Assembly (NCBI GenBank): GCA_951406725.2
Contig: OX597822.1
Span: forward strand, 6,076,001-6,140,000
Reading direction: 5' to 3'
DNA from: Octopus vulgaris
Lineage: Eukaryota
DNA: 64,000 nucleotides
The position numbers and the translations under genes are program-made. The notes under the pieces were generated by a model. That model was not told where the DNA came from and did not search any database. It was given only the letters and a program-made list of their open reading frames with translations. Of this stretch, positions 1 to 12,880 are shown piece after piece. Numbering within the stretch: position 1 is the first letter of the stretch; every line of letters begins with the position of its first letter.

Positions 1-190
1 AATAGGTATTTCGTTTGCCGATACGTTCTGAGTTCAAATTCCGCCGAGGTCGACTTTGCCTTTCATCCTTTCGGGGTCGATAAATTAAGTACCAGTTACG
101 CACTGGGGTCGATATAATCGACTTAATCCGTTTGTCTGTCCTTGTTTGTCCCCTCTGTGTTTAGCCCCTTCTGGGTAGTAAAGAAATAGT
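1..190 (+). mobile_element. tRNA-derived SINE family A (Meta-domain-like body), unit cut by the window edge
   Basis: B-box GAGTTCAAATTCC followed by GTCGACTTTGCCTTTCATCCTTTCGGGGTCGATAAATTAAGTACCAG. More than 15 copies in the window, including degenerate ones at ~231-385, ~450-590, ~16785-16995, ~26720-26937(-), ~27600-27805(-), ~28090-28262(-), ~30345-30530, ~32910-33116(-), ~53170-53357 and 58412-58630(-). Confidence 0.85.
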
Positions 191-1914
191 TATGAGAGCA
201 TCAGAAAATTTTTTTTGCGCTATTTGTTCCAGTTCTTTACGTTCTGAGTTCAAAATCTCGCCAAGGTCGAGACTTTGCTTTCATTCTTTAGATCGATAAA
301 ATAAAGTACCAGTCTCGTACTAGGTTTGATATAGTCGACTATCCACTTTCCTCAAAACTGCTGGAGTTATTCTTAAATTAGGAGAAAAAGTATTACGTCA
401 GAAGCGTTACATCAGGAAAAAAATAAACCTTGCACCATTTGATTCAGCTATACGTTCTGAGCTCAAATCATGCCAAGATCAACTTTGCTTTTCATCCTTT
501 CGGGGTTAATAAAATAATGAACCTGTTAAACATTAGATTCGACAAAATCAAAACTGGACCCTTCTCCCTAAAACTGCTCGTCTTGGGCGAATGATTGAAG
601 CAGTTATTATCATTATTTAGCTTCAGGATCTTGAACGCGTCTTTGATCCATAGCGTTTCAGTCATAACCGTGAAACGGATAGACTCAATCCGTCGCCTAG
701 TTTAACACCTCCATGGAAGACTTCAGAGGAATCCACTCAGTCGCAAGCATCCGGAACAGGTCCCGTGATTCAAGAGAACTTTTCCCTACCTTCCAACAGT
801 CTTGGAGGCCATAAAAGACTTCCCCCCTTTGATCATGTCATTAAAAATATATCTTAATTTCCGATTGTATATCATATCTGTATCTTTGATGACATTACCC
901 AATGTGTTAATATTGTTTCGATACGGTTGTGTATAATTTAAGAGAGATTTAACTGCCCCTTCTAACATGTCATTTGAAAGCGTAGGCTGTATCCTTGGCA
1001 TTAAGACAGTGTTTAATGATATTCAAATATATTCCGAGTAGGAGTTGCCTTAAAAACTATGGAAAGCGATAGTTGCTGCATTAATCACTCCTCAAATTTA
1101 AAACAAAGAAAACGTTAGAACATAGAAGTGCTTATGTTTCTTTAAAAGCGAACAAAAGATTCAACTGCCTCTCAGCATTCACTGAGAGTGATGCTAGCAA
1201 TACGAACGAAGAAATAAGCCGCTGTAAATCTTCGAATACAACAAACACAAGCCGTTTTCCCCTCCTTTTCTTTCTTAATAAACTTCTCTGATGTAAGATT
1301 CTGCTGTCTTCTAATTTCGTCAATTTACACAGATCAATAAATAAATAGGAAAATAAATTAATAATTAAATAAATGCATTAATCAATAACTAATACAAATT
1401 CTATAAATCGTTACTTATTTGTTTATTTTAAAATTTAAAATATTCCTTTAATTAACTAATTAACTGTTTCCTTGTGAACATGTCTTCTACATGTCATAAT
1501 ACTTGTTAATTACATGAAGTCCATGCTTGTTATGAAGGAAGAAATTTTACAACTGTAAACATACACATCCACATACACGCACTTACATATATCAACGCAC
1601 ATATACACACAACACACACAATCTCTCTTGTTAGCTACAGACTTTAATTTCTTTAATATAGAAGCTTTTGAGTAATTACATCATAGTGCACGTTGTTTAT
1701 GGATTAATTAATATTCCATAATTCATAGGATAATTAGGAGACCGGTGTTCTCTACGATCTGTGTTGTTAAGGAAATCATCAATCGCCCAAAGGGATAACG
1801 TGTCTTTTGCTGTCACATTCACCTAACGCTTAGCAGCTAACTTAATTGCGGTTAGGAGTTGCGGTTAAGCGCACCTCTCTGTTGTAAGCAGTCACAGCTG
1901 GGCATGCATGCACG

Positions 1915-2232
1915 AAGGCGAGTAGCTTAGGGATCGGGGTCATTGGCCACGCGATCGTAAGGTCATGATTTTCATTGCCGGTTGGCATTGTTTTCTTGAG
2001 TAAGCTACTTAATTTCACGTTTCTTTAGTCCACTCAGCTGGCAAAAATGATTTGTACCTGTATTTGAAAGGGCCAATCTTGTTACATTCCTTTTCACACT
2101 GAATCTCCTTGAGAACTACATAAAGGGCGCGCGTGTCTGCGGAGTGCTCAGCCACTTGCACGTTAATTTCACGAGCAAGTTGTTCCGTTAATCGGATCAA
2201 CTGGAACCCTCGTCGTCGCAACCGACGGAATA
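1915..2232 (+). mobile_element. tRNA-derived SINE family C (degenerate)
   Basis: tRNA-like head, then TTGAGTAAG..AGTCCACTCAGCTGG, then a body ending GGATCAACTGGAACCCTCGTCGTC. Related copies at ~19268-19582(-), ~24760-24875, ~25205-25350, ~35755-36040 and ~55020-55280. Confidence 0.7.
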
Positions 2233-2634
2233 CCCGTATGTATACTTCCTGTGTGTATAGTGTTGAATCGACGTATTTGTATGCTCTTGGCCTTAGTTAA
2301 AATTAGTAAGTCGTTAAAGTTTCGAACGAACTGCCTCCAAATGTTTGTTCCGGTTCTTTAGACTATGGGTTCAAAATCAACCAGTGCAAACGTTATCTTT
2401 TACTTTTTAGGGGCCGATACAAGTCCTGTACTCTGTTCTTTCTGTCTTTTTTTCTCATTTCCATGAATAAATCAGTTGTGGTCAGATCTGAAGGACGAGC
2501 TTCATCAGGTCTAAGAAGGTACAAGACACGCCGTATTTCCCGATAGTACTCATATGATTGCGTCATGAGCTGATGGCCCCACGATCTTATGGCCCCATTA
2601 TTACCTTATTCTAATAATTTCCATCTTGAGTGCT

Positions 2635-3022
2635 AGGCGGCGAGCTGGCAGAAACGTTAGCACGCCGGGCGAAATGCGTAGCCGTATTTCGTCTGCCGTT
2701 ACGTTTTGAGTTCAAATTCCGCCGGGGTCGACTTTGCCATTCATCCTTTCGGGGTCGATTAAATAAGTACCAGTTACGCATTGGGGTCGATCTAATCGAC
2801 TCAATCCGTTTGTCTGTTCTCTCTGTGTTTAGCCCCTTGTGGCTAGTAAAGAACTAGGTATTTCCCCTGTCTTTAGGTCTGAGTTCAAATTCCGCCGAGG
2901 TCGACTTTACCTTTTATCCTTTCGGCGTCGATAAATTAAGCACCAGTTGCGTACTGGGGTAGATCGAATCAACTGGTCCTCTCCCCCTAAATTTCGGGCC
3001 TTGTGCTTTAGAGTAGAAAAGA
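2635..3022 (+). mobile_element. SINE family A, two-unit copy
   Basis: Head GGCGGCGAGCTGGCAGAA (A-box), B-box and body, then the body restarts at GGTATTTC (~2857). Confidence 0.85.
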
Positions 3023-3954
3023 AATCCCAACGTGAGCGCAAATCTAGCTATCGTGGGGTGCAACAGCCTAACCACTGGGCCACACACCTTCATATTAACA
3101 TGTATAAAATATTAACAGTATATAAAATGAAATAACTAAATAAAATACTTCATCCTTGAAGATAATATTACAAATCATGTTGGAACATTCTTCTACATGG
3201 AATAATATTCTAATTTCCAATGTTGTTTGTCGTAAAACTAATCAATTATCGCAATTACTAATTCCGTGTCATTATTCTCTCTGAAGTACAGATTTGCATG
3301 TGGAAAAGGAAAGTAATGGCGAATAAATTGAAAATCACTTGTTCTTCCAGGTAAACAAATTGACTACTTTTCTTCAGATATCATGCATCACTTCAATATG
3401 ATATTTGATAAATAAGTGTTAAGTTCGTTAGTTAAGATGTTGTTCTTTAGTTCTGAGTCGTCTTAGATGGAGTAGACTTATTATTTATTTGTTTACTCGG
3501 CTGGTCTGGAGGAAGAAACAATGCCCATGTCCTAGGCAGGTCTTTCCTTGACCAGTTGAGAGGGATGCTATCAATGTTCATTTTGAACGTTTGCAAATCA
3601 AGACCTCCCGGAAAGATATAATCAGCGAGAAAAGATTGCGTTGGTGATCAGTATGAGGTCTGGATAGCATGCGAGTTGAGCGAATTTAACTGTTATTTCT
3701 AGCAGGTTGATCAAATATCTATATGCTAGAGTGTATTTGATTGATTAGCAAGATACTGATAATTTATGTAGTGGTATCGTTTCTTAATTTTTATTTTGTA
3801 TTTTTTCTTTATAGGCAAACATTATTATTCCAAGTGATACGCCCGTGGTGGCTGTCTATTATAGAGGAGACTATCAATTCTAGTTAATTTGTGGCAGATT
3901 TGAAAATATGGAATTTACATCAAAGAGTAAAGAAGATATATAGAGCATTACACA

Positions 3955-4355
3955 TCTTTATATATAAAAGTGAGGTTGTGTGCTGTCTGTCTCCTACGAT
4001 TTAGATTCCTAACTACTCCCACATTTTGCGGTGCAGTTTAACCAAAACCGGGTATCTTATAGTCGTGATTCATATCGAGCCCTTCTGGGTATTAGCGCGC
4101 GTCTACGATGAGTCTACGATTTTTTAAAATATTTACCATCATTTTTTTCCATTTTAATGCATTTTTTCGCTATTATATAAGGGAAGTAACTCTTTTAAAA
4201 TGTCTACGATGAGTCAACGATTTAAAAAAAAATTTACCATAATTTATTTTCCATTTTTAATGCATTTTTTTGCTATTTTTTGGCTATAACTCTCTAAAAA
4301 TGCTTATATAGTTATTTCCCTTACAAACCCGAGCAACGCCGGGCGATACTGCTAG
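3955..4355 (+). mobile_element. Non-autonomous Helitron (~400 bp)
   Basis: Starts A|TC and ends CTAG|T with a subterminal hairpin CCCGAGC-AAC-GCCGGG. No TSD. Near-identical copy at 61126-61520(-) and an internal fragment at 4602-4708. Confidence 0.9.
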
Positions 4356-4724
4356 TTTAATATATTTTTGCTACACATTATAGGGTTATTAAGGATTATA
4401 GTAGTTTGACGCTTTGTACAACGTTATTTCATCCCACTTCGGAATTGTCAGCGTGGCATAACTTGAGACAAATGAATTAATCTAAATTCAGCATATTACC
4501 AAATCATATATTTCTTATTATGTTCCTAGAGTTTCAGTAAGTTGAATATGCTTAGTTCCGAAAATCAGCCGAATTGCTGCATCGTATTTCCTTTGCTCGT
4601 TTCCTACGATTTAGATTCCTAACTACTCCCACATTTTGCGGTGCAGTTTAACCAAACCCGGGTATCTTATAGTCGTGATTCATATCGAGCCCTTCTGGGT
4701 ATTAGCGCTCATATCTTCTAACTT

Positions 4725-5105
4725 TAATATTTTACTTGCTTTAATCATTCGACTGCGGCCATGCTGTGTACCGACTCGAAGCGTTTTAATCGAAAACATG
4801 ACCCCAGGACTTATTTTCTAAAGTCTGGAATTTCTATCGGTCGCGTTTGCTGAACCACTCTGTTACGGGGAGTTAAACAAACTAACACCGGTTGTCAAAC
4901 GGTGGTGGGGAGACAGACAGACAGACATTCATATACATACACAACACACATATACGATAGGCTTCTTTCAGTTTCCGTTTACCAAATTCACCTACACAGT
5001 TTTGGACTGCCCAGGGCTATAGTAGAAAATACTTTCCCAACGTGCTACGAATTGGAACTGAACCAAAAAGCAAACTTCTCACAAGTTGGGAAGCAAACTT
5101 GTCAT
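4725..5105 (-). mobile_element. tRNA-derived SINE family B (CORE-like), degenerate
   Basis: Colinear with the better copy at 9505-9915 (GGAAACTGAAAGAAGCC, GGCCGCAGTC motifs). Confidence 0.75.
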
Positions 5106-5328
5106 AAACAACTTTTTTTCTCAAGATTCCAATACCATATGAAAAAAAATACTGTTGAATTTTCCTCATAAGGTATTGGTATCTCATATATATATATACC
5201 ATTCCACCTAAAAATGGATCTACAACTTCAATATCCCTACATATCTAACATCTATTTTCATTCCTCCACCTCACTCTCTATTTTGTATCCCATCTAAATT
5301 AACTATGACTTAACCATCCTCTCACACC

Positions 5329-5380
5329 GTCTCCGATGAAGAGATATAATTAATAAATATCTTGGAAACATCTGTAAGAC
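5329..5380 (+). ncRNA. Minimal type I hammerhead ribozyme motif (CCGATGA core variant), probably a Penelope pseudo-LTR
   Basis: GTCT-CCGATGA-AGAGATAT..ATATCTTG-GAAAC-ATCT-GTA-AGAC: stem I GTCT/AGAC, stem II AGATAT/ATATCT, GUA cleavage triplet. Confidence 0.65.
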
Positions 5381-5629
5381 CTTCTATCTATAAATATTCT
5401 AATATCTACACAGCCTTGGTTTTTTTTTATCTCATTACGCAAACAATTCTTATATACACACACTGACATAGAACCAACGTTGAACCCCTTATTCGCAAAA
5501 TCACCGAATCTGGAACTTAACTATGGTCTGTCTATAGCACTTATTCAGCATTTCCTGACACATTTGTGTCTCAATGACACCATTATCTCTTATAACCTAT
5601 ATATATATAGTGGCGTACGTACACTTTGG

Positions 5630-5672
<43 letters not shown>

Positions 5673-5915
5673 GCGTGCGTGAGTGTGTGTGTGTATGTAT
5701 ACTGCGGGCTGTATGTATATTTATATATATATAATTATGTGCTTTGACTACAGCATTAGAACATTTTATCTCTTATTCCTCGCATGGTAGGTATTTTTAA
5801 CACCCTAGTCAAATTTAGTGACGGTTATAGATTTCCTTTTTGGTGAAGTATTGCGAACTGCTGTCTACATTACTTTTCTGTATACACATTAGCAATTTGC
5901 CAATTCATTCATAGA

Positions 5916-6030
5916 TTCCTGTGATGAAAACATATATACTAACGGAAAATTAAGTCTGAAACAACCGAAGTCGAGCCAGTCCTTACTGATGAGGCAACGG
6001 AAACTACTGAAACTGACTGTCAGTATAAGG
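5916..6030 (+). ncRNA. Two tandem degenerate hammerhead-like motifs
   Basis: TTC-CTGTGATGA..GTCT-GAAAC-AACCGAA-GTC-GAG, followed by CCTTA-CTGATGA..GAAAC-TGACT-GTC-AGTATAAGG. A related degenerate motif with stem GGCTA/TAGCC lies at ~23945-23998. Confidence 0.45.
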
Positions 6031-6129
6031 AATTCTCGAACGGCATTTTCAGACAATTATAGTCCCAGATATATGTATATAAGTATGTGATCTGACTACA
6101 ACATTACAACATTTTAGCTCATATTTCTA

Positions 6130-6900
6130 GCAATGCAGGTGTTTCTAACAACCTGGTCGCATTTAGTGACGATTATAGGATCTTCTTCTCCAAGTAAGTT
6201 TTATTTCAATAATTATACGCGCACTCTTAACTCTTTACTTGACCTTTCCTCCCTGCCTGTCTGTCTTCCTCTCTACCTGTCTCTCTCCTTATTTTTCACC
6301 CTTTCTGGTTTCTTCTCCTCTCTCTCTCACTCCTCCTCCTCTCTCTCGTCTCTGACCGGACGGCTACTAACTTTCTTTCTGCCCACAGCTTTCAACAAGG
6401 CAACATCGGCTTTTTTCTCTCTTCCGCAGCCGATCTTCAGAATGCGTTCTAACGAATTTTTCCACCGTCTAGGCTTAAAAAATAGCCCTTATTGTTGGTT
6501 TCCTTGTCCTGTCTTTTACTGTTTTTATCTTTATGTGTACTGTTTTTTTCTTCATTTGTATTGCTTTTACGTCCTGTTCTTGTCACTTTTTTAACCCCTC
6601 CTCCAAATGTTTTTATTTAATTCATTTTGCGGGAAGGACTGCTTCGGCCTGGCCGTGTTCTGCCCTTACCTTCGAAACACGCATTGAGTCGAAACAGGGG
6701 CAGCTGAAGAAGGGGAATGTTCCTTGTATTGTTTGTCTTGCACTCTGTTTTTTTCGTTGTTAAAAAAAGGCCGTTTCCTCGTTTGATTTTATGTTTTCGT
6801 TTCTCGTTGTGTTCTACGTTAATTTGTGGTGTCCTGTACTGATATATGCATGTATATATACATATAGATGTAGGTATGTACATATATGTATGTATGCATA
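6130..6900 (+). repeat. Dispersed pyrimidine-rich repeat family, unclassified
   Basis: Shares CTGAAGAAGGGG/CTGATGAAGGG and GGTGTCCTGTACT(G/C)ATATATGC blocks with ~14820-15060, ~15140-15520 and ~15935-16500. Confidence 0.55.
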
Positions 6901-6920
6901 TGTTTTATTTATTAAATTGT

Positions 6921-6951
<31 letters not shown>

Positions 6952-7100
6952 AGACGGACTTCCTTCAGTTTCCTTTTACCAAATCCACTCACAAGGCTTT
7001 GGTCGCCCCGTTGTTATATTAAAAGAAACACTTGCCTGAGGTGCCTCGACGAGAGATGAACGCAAGATCATAGTTTCATCTGTCTGTCTGTATGTCTGCT

Positions 7101-7136
<36 letters not shown>

Positions 7137-7234
7137 AAAAATGATGCTACTGACTAAAAACATCACCTAAAAGAACATAAATAATTTTAAAACACGAACT
7201 AGAAACGCCAGGTATAAAGCTTATATACACACAC

Positions 7235-7235
<1 letters not shown>

Positions 7236-7323
<88 letters not shown>

Positions 7324-7342
7324 GACACACATACACGCACAA

Positions 7343-7384
<42 letters not shown>

Positions 7385-7492
7385 GTATAAAACAAACGAA
7401 AAACACCGCCTCCCCACGAAAGAACGGTCCAGTGTCAACCACATATTTGCCTCTGCATCATATAAATATAACAACAATATACACACAAACAT

Positions 7493-7558
<66 letters not shown>

Positions 7559-7606
7559 AACACACAGATATTTAATACTCACGCTCACGCAGACACAGAC
7601 ACACAA
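7236..7606. repeat. (TA)n/(CA)n microsatellite cluster, representative of dozens in the window
   Basis: Directly visible. Others include 12715-12920, 14035-14245, 18090-18372, 56065-56457 and 62826-62927 (TA); 26938-26995, 27813-27985, 29850-29978 and 47635-47752 (AAT/TAT); 43938-44010, 44420-44508, 54689-54985 and 61950-62133 (TATC/TGTC); 24140-24270 (TGCACACACACA). Confidence 0.98.
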
Positions 7607-8688
7607 CTATCTCGATACCAATAGAAAACCCGATGTTATCCTGGTTGAAAAGTAGCTGTGAATTGTTCTTAATGAAGGCATATTCAGTTTAATAAAACAT
7701 TTTTATATTTCACTTGAAAAGTGATCTTTTATGTAAGAAATGATATTGTTATCTAATGTGTTTATAGCAGTCTAATGTCTATTGCACTCTACTACATATT
7801 TACACACAATACCAATAGAAGTAGATTTCATTATTTAATTATATAAATAACACGTAGCTAACGTGAAAAAGTAAATAAGAACTGAAGACTGAGTTAATGT
7901 GAAAGCATTTATTTAATCTTTTATTCTTTAATTCTTAGAATTATTTAAAAGATGAGTGGAAACAGAAGTGTTGGGAAGTAAACCACTTATGGAAAAAAAA
8001 TTCTATAAACTAGCAGTAAACAAGATGTCCAGAGCAACTCAGAGCAACTCACGCAACCAGATTTTAGAACTGTAATGTATATGATGAAATTATATTAAAA
8101 GCTGCGATGAACCCCAGCTGTAATATTAGATCTATATCGATCATAACTTCGGGAATTATGAACTTTGCCTTGTCGGGACTTCGAGATGTACAATGTTTTT
8201 GACTTTACCACAGAAGCATGAATATAAAGATTATGGGGGTTTCTAACTTCTGGGCGTCCTACATAAAAATTAATCTATGCCAAAGCAGTAGTCCTCAACA
8301 TGCAGTCCAGAACTTTATCGAACTGTGTCACTGTGCATTAATTCCTGAAAATTATCTGATATCTCTTAAGGACGTGTTTAGTTATCGACTTTTTGGCAAT
8401 GTTGCAAGTAGATGACTATGCCCAGTATGTGTTTGAAAGTCTCAAAAAGGTGTCTAGTGGTAATGCACGAAAAAACAACAGAAATTGCTAAGTATTTATG
8501 TTGACAAACTTTGGCAAGCAATAAACATGTCAGCCACATCATGAACACCAAATCTAAAATCATAAATATCAGATTGTTCTCTGTGCCAGAGTGAGTTCGG
8601 ATTCATTCTCATTGCCATAATACTATCAATACGTCAATATTATATGACATTTCCACATTTCTGTTGCTAGGTTATTGAATTCAGTATA

Positions 8689-9020
8689 TAGGCATACCTC
8701 AACTTACGACGTTTCGAATTATATCTTTTTCAAATTTACGTCCTTTTTTCTTTTTTGTAAATAAATTAATTGAAAAGCATAAATTCAACTTCAGTCGATT
8801 TATTTGACTTTAAGTTGGTCTCACCGAACATATTTAAAAGAATAATAATAAAAAAAATACAGAAAATGCAATACTGAAGATGAAAATGAAATAAAACGCA
8901 CGTGAAAATATATACAATCCATTTATTAAAACAAATATAAACTAATAAAGCTTTAAAATGCTTTTTCCTGTTACGTCGTTGTCTAGGAACCATTTATCGA
9001 TATAAGTTGAGGAATACCTG
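8689..9020. mobile_element. Tigger/pogo-like MITE inserted in the Helitron
   Basis: TIRs TAGGCATACCTCAACTTAC and (reverse complement) CAGGTATTCCTCAACTTAT, with TA on both flanks. Confidence 0.75.
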
Positions 9021-9504
9021 TAGTTAGGATGAGAGAAGCTGCACTTTTGAAATTCTTCATTTATAGCCTTGAATGTATTGATGAGAGCAGCTTTGTAAGA
9101 ATCATTTGTGTACCCTATTTCCATACCTGGGTACATCTGTTAAATTTGATGCTTGAGATCTTCGGCAAGGTCATCACGGTACTTGAGCTAATGTTGAAGT
9201 GTATTGAATGATTCATAACATTTTAAAGAACTCTGTGACTCTTGACTGACTGAAATACAAATGCTTTCTGATAATTTTACATCCCACTAGACTTCATATT
9301 CCAGAAGTTCAAGCATAAAGCAAGAATTAAAGGCTATTTTACCATTGCCTAACTGAAGATCTTGGAATCAAAGGGAACTTCTGATTTTATGAAAAAGCTA
9401 TCATTCATTTTGAGCAGCGTGCAAAGTATATTTTCTTTCAATGACATTGTCAAAACTATTCCAGCCTAAAATGTTAGGATGACATTCAACAGGAGCGTTT
9501 TTGC

Positions 9505-9915
9505 TTACTCTCTTTTACTCTTTTACTTGTTTCAGTCATTTGACTGCGGCCATACTGGAGCACCGCCTTTGGTCGAGCAAATCGACCCTGAGACTTATTC
9601 TTTGTAAGCCCAGTACTTATTCTATCGGTCTCTTTTGCCGAACCGCTAAGTGACAGGGACGTAAACAAACCTGCATCGGTTGTCAAGCAATGCTAGGGGG
9701 ACAAACACAGACACACAAACACACACACACACATACATATATATATACATATATACGACAGGCTTCTTTCAGTTTCCGTCTACCAAATGCACTCACAAGG
9801 CATTGGTCGGCCCGGGGCTATAGCAGAAGACACTTGCCCAAGATGCCACGCAGTGGGACTGAACCCGGAACCATGTGGTTGGTTAGCAAGCTACTTACCA
9901 CACAGCCACTCCTGC
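9505..9915 (-). mobile_element. tRNA-derived SINE family B (CORE-like), near full length, inserted in the Helitron
   Basis: Head GGAGTGGCTGTGTGGTAAG..GGGTTCAGTCCC, then CTTGGGCAAGT, an internal (TG)n and a tail of GTAAAAGA repeats. Other copies at ~6950-7070(-), ~22270-22430, ~25412-25557 and ~62180-62335. Confidence 0.85.
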
Positions 9916-11123
9916 TTCTTAGTTTCCTTTACATGTTCAATATATAACAGAACAATACAATAATCCCTTTGTGAGGAAATCATACTGGCATAACTTGAAA
10001 GGTTGTAAGCGTTGTCTCCCTTAGACATTATGCCTTCTGTGCTGCTTCAGTGGAATAATCCCGTGAATCATTTCCTAAGTGGAAATTGCGTTGTTGAATT
10101 AGCAAAGACAGAAAAAACGCCAGAAAGCCTTATTTTTGTTAACGCATAGTTATTGCTTGACCTTTCCTGAAATTAGGTAAATTCTTCACATCTGTGTTGC
10201 TGCATCGAAGCAAATATTACAAGGTTAGTTCGCTTGACTAAATACTAGCAGACATATTTGATAGATTTTACTAAAATTCGGAACTCAGAACTGATGTGTT
10301 ATATAAATGTCGTAATCAGGAAAGGATAGTCGGGAACTATCCATCTATTTGCAATATCTTGTCCACCTAAGGTTTGGGAGCTTCTGGCTTCTGGTGGCCT
10401 TCCGTATGAGGAATAGCCATCTTTATCTATTTATGTTTCCTTAGCAAATGCTCTTGTAACCCATTCGGTATATTTGCTGTTTTCAAAGCAAAGAGATTTG
10501 TTGTGAGTACCAACAAGACTTGAACCACCAGGTTTAACAATATTGAAGGGGATTTTCTCTCTGAAGATTTACAGCTAGGGGTCAATCAATCTGATTGAGG
10601 TGATTCATATTTATAAATAAGATCAAAATGTGTAGCCAATTTCTTAAAGAAATTATCGTAATTTGAAATTTTTTTCACAAAATTTGTCTTCCAGCTTAAA
10701 TTAGTATCAGCTGTTATGTCATAATTACCTGCAGTTCTGGTTAATCAATTCAGCTAAAGTTGTTACTTAGTTCCAGAGGAAGACAGGAAAAAGAGATGAA
10801 GCAGACATGTGAATCAGGTGCTTATATTATGACAATTGAAGAGAGAAACAAAGAAGGGGAAGTGACCAAAAGTGTGCTAGAGATAGAGAAAATAAATTAG
10901 TGAGAAAAAAGAAAGAAAAAGGAGCAGAGAAATGGATAGCGATAGAGGGAGCCAGTGAGAAAAGAGAAAGAGAATAACAGGATATACAAAGCTTTCAATG
11001 TCGAGCGAGAGGAGGAACAAAATATTAAGATACAAAGAATATGATCATGTGTAGCAGTGAAGAAGTGATAGCCCCATGCAGAAGAAAGAAAGAGAAAAGT
11101 TAGACATACACTCAGGCAACGTA

Positions 11124-11169
<46 letters not shown>

Positions 11170-11390
11170 ACAAACACACCACACATGCACACACCCGCAC
11201 ATACCCACACATGATATATATATATATCAGTAACACAGGTGGAGGGTTTCTTCAAATGCAATCGCTGCATTCAAGACTGCCACTTCCGTGTGAGATTGTA
11301 CCATCACAGTAGACGCTGCATCACCATCAGAAACTGACACAAATTCTCCTGAGGCATATCCATGGTCTCTCGAGACGGATGGTTGCCTTA

Positions 11391-11433
<43 letters not shown>

Positions 11434-11535
11434 CTTAATCCAAACATGAAAACACAAAGAGAAAACACAACAACGCGAGGATGTGGAACAAGTATAGTGT
11501 TATTGGACGCTCAGGAAAGGAAAGAAAGAAGGACA

Positions 11536-11570
11536 ATTCAACGTTTCGAGCGGAGCTCTTCGTCAGAGAC
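11536..11570 (-). ncRNA. Ultra-minimal hammerhead-like motif in a Penelope-type pseudo-LTR
   Basis: Reverse complement reads CTGACGA-A-GAGC-TCC-GCTC-GAAACGTT. Confidence 0.55.
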
Positions 11571-11867
11571 ATAGAAAAGGTGAGATCACGCACATATATG
11601 CATACACATATATATATATATATATACTATATGTTTACATACATACTAAATATATATATATATATATATAATATATATATATATATATACATATATGACA
11701 CACACACTCACACACACACACATACATACACAGATATGCAGGATGTAAACAGACACCTTTAATTTTCAAAATTGCATACACAATATATACACATATATTC
11801 ATTACTATAACACAAATCAGGAGAAGAGCTTACCCTATAAAGTATAGAGCTGTTGTATATTTTTGCA

Positions 11868-12703
11868 TGTGTAACGTAAAAGTTCACAGAAAAACATTTG
11901 TTTCATATCTAGCGGGAACTAGACTTTCTTCAGTTTCTCTAAAAGATAAGCGTTCTCTGCAAAGAATGTTTTTTAAACATAAGAACACACACACACACAC
12001 ACACACACACATGCTCACACTTGCAGGATTAGAAATGAATGACAGTGGACGGCCGATGTAACACCGAAGCTACTGTGTACCAAGCAAAGGTAGCCTCAGA
12101 CAGAAGCAGCACAAATATCAGTAACATCAATGCCAACACAGGGGCACACACTAAAATTTACATCGGATCTTGTGAATCCAAATTTAAAATTCACTTGAAC
12201 AACCACAGATCTTCTTCCAGGGTCTTGGAGAGACGCCACGCAACACAACAACACTCGCAGCACAACAACACTTGCAGCATACGTATGGCACCTAAAGGAC
12301 GATCTTACGCCCTTTAACATCAGGTGGAAATTATTCGAAACTTGTGGCTCCTATCGCAGTGGAACAAAACTGTGTAAATTGTGTATTGTAGAAAGATATA
12401 TAATCCTCATGAACTCACATGAGCCAAGAGGCTACCTGAACTCCAGGACGGAAGCCGTTGGGAGTTGTCCACAATTTCGGAAATCTTTACTTCAAAATTG
12501 GAAAACCTGGCTATCAAGCGAAGGTAGACAACTCGCCCGGCTATAATTTTTTAGAGAAGATTATTTCTTGAACTATCATTGGCGTTCTTGTGTTAAAAAA
12601 AACATTCTTTGCTAAGAACGGACATCGTTTAGAGAAACTGAAGAGATGTCTAGTTCACGCTAGGTATGAAACCAATGGTTTTTTCTAAACTATTACGTTA
12701 CAC
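11868..12703 (+). mobile_element. Penelope-like element 3' fragment: GIY-YIG endonuclease plus pseudo-LTR, with an inverted pseudo-LTR upstream
   Basis: DGRCNTEATVYQAKV..KIYIGSCESKFKIHLNNHRSS../YVWHLKD..FNIRWK..CKLCIVER..YLNSRTE..C. The 12585-12703 segment is repeated inverted at 11868-11987. Each copy contains CTGAAGA-stem-GAAAC (12631-12686 +; 11888-11940 -). Confidence 0.85.
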
Positions 12704-12709
12704 ATACAA

Positions 12710-12755
<46 letters not shown>

Positions 12756-12761
12756 TGTATG

Positions 12762-12792
<31 letters not shown>

Positions 12793-12813
12793 GTATATAT
12801 ATATGTATGTATG

Positions 12814-12880
<67 letters not shown>

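Larger units (their letters stand above)
8170..10770 (-). pseudogene. Degenerate Helitron Rep/Helicase (RepHel), internally deleted and interrupted
   Basis: Manual translation gives ET*IDKDGYSSY..IANRWIVPDYPFL..VKSIKYVC*Y (cf. DGYP..DNRWIVPYNP..KSIKYICKY), NKAFWRFF, ETTLTTF..LCQ, LLLAKV..LAISVVFSCI (Pif1 helicase start) and terminal FYVGRPEVRNP..KNIV (cf. GQLYVACSRV..KNIVY). Many stops and frameshifts. Confidence 0.85.

Noticed and set aside
786-1001. 71-aa ORF; also 33378-33587, ~41780-42190 and ~58800-59620 with protein-like composition
   Set aside because: Probably decayed TE coding sequence, but I could not assign motifs with confidence. BLASTx is needed.
6690-6730. CTGAAGA/CTGATGA motif in the 6130/14820/15140/15935 repeat family as a hammerhead
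   Set aside because: No GAAA follows the putative stem II.
8942-9136. 64-aa ORF that initially looked like a host or viral protein
   Set aside because: The N-terminal part is Helitron RepHel and the remainder reads into the MITE.
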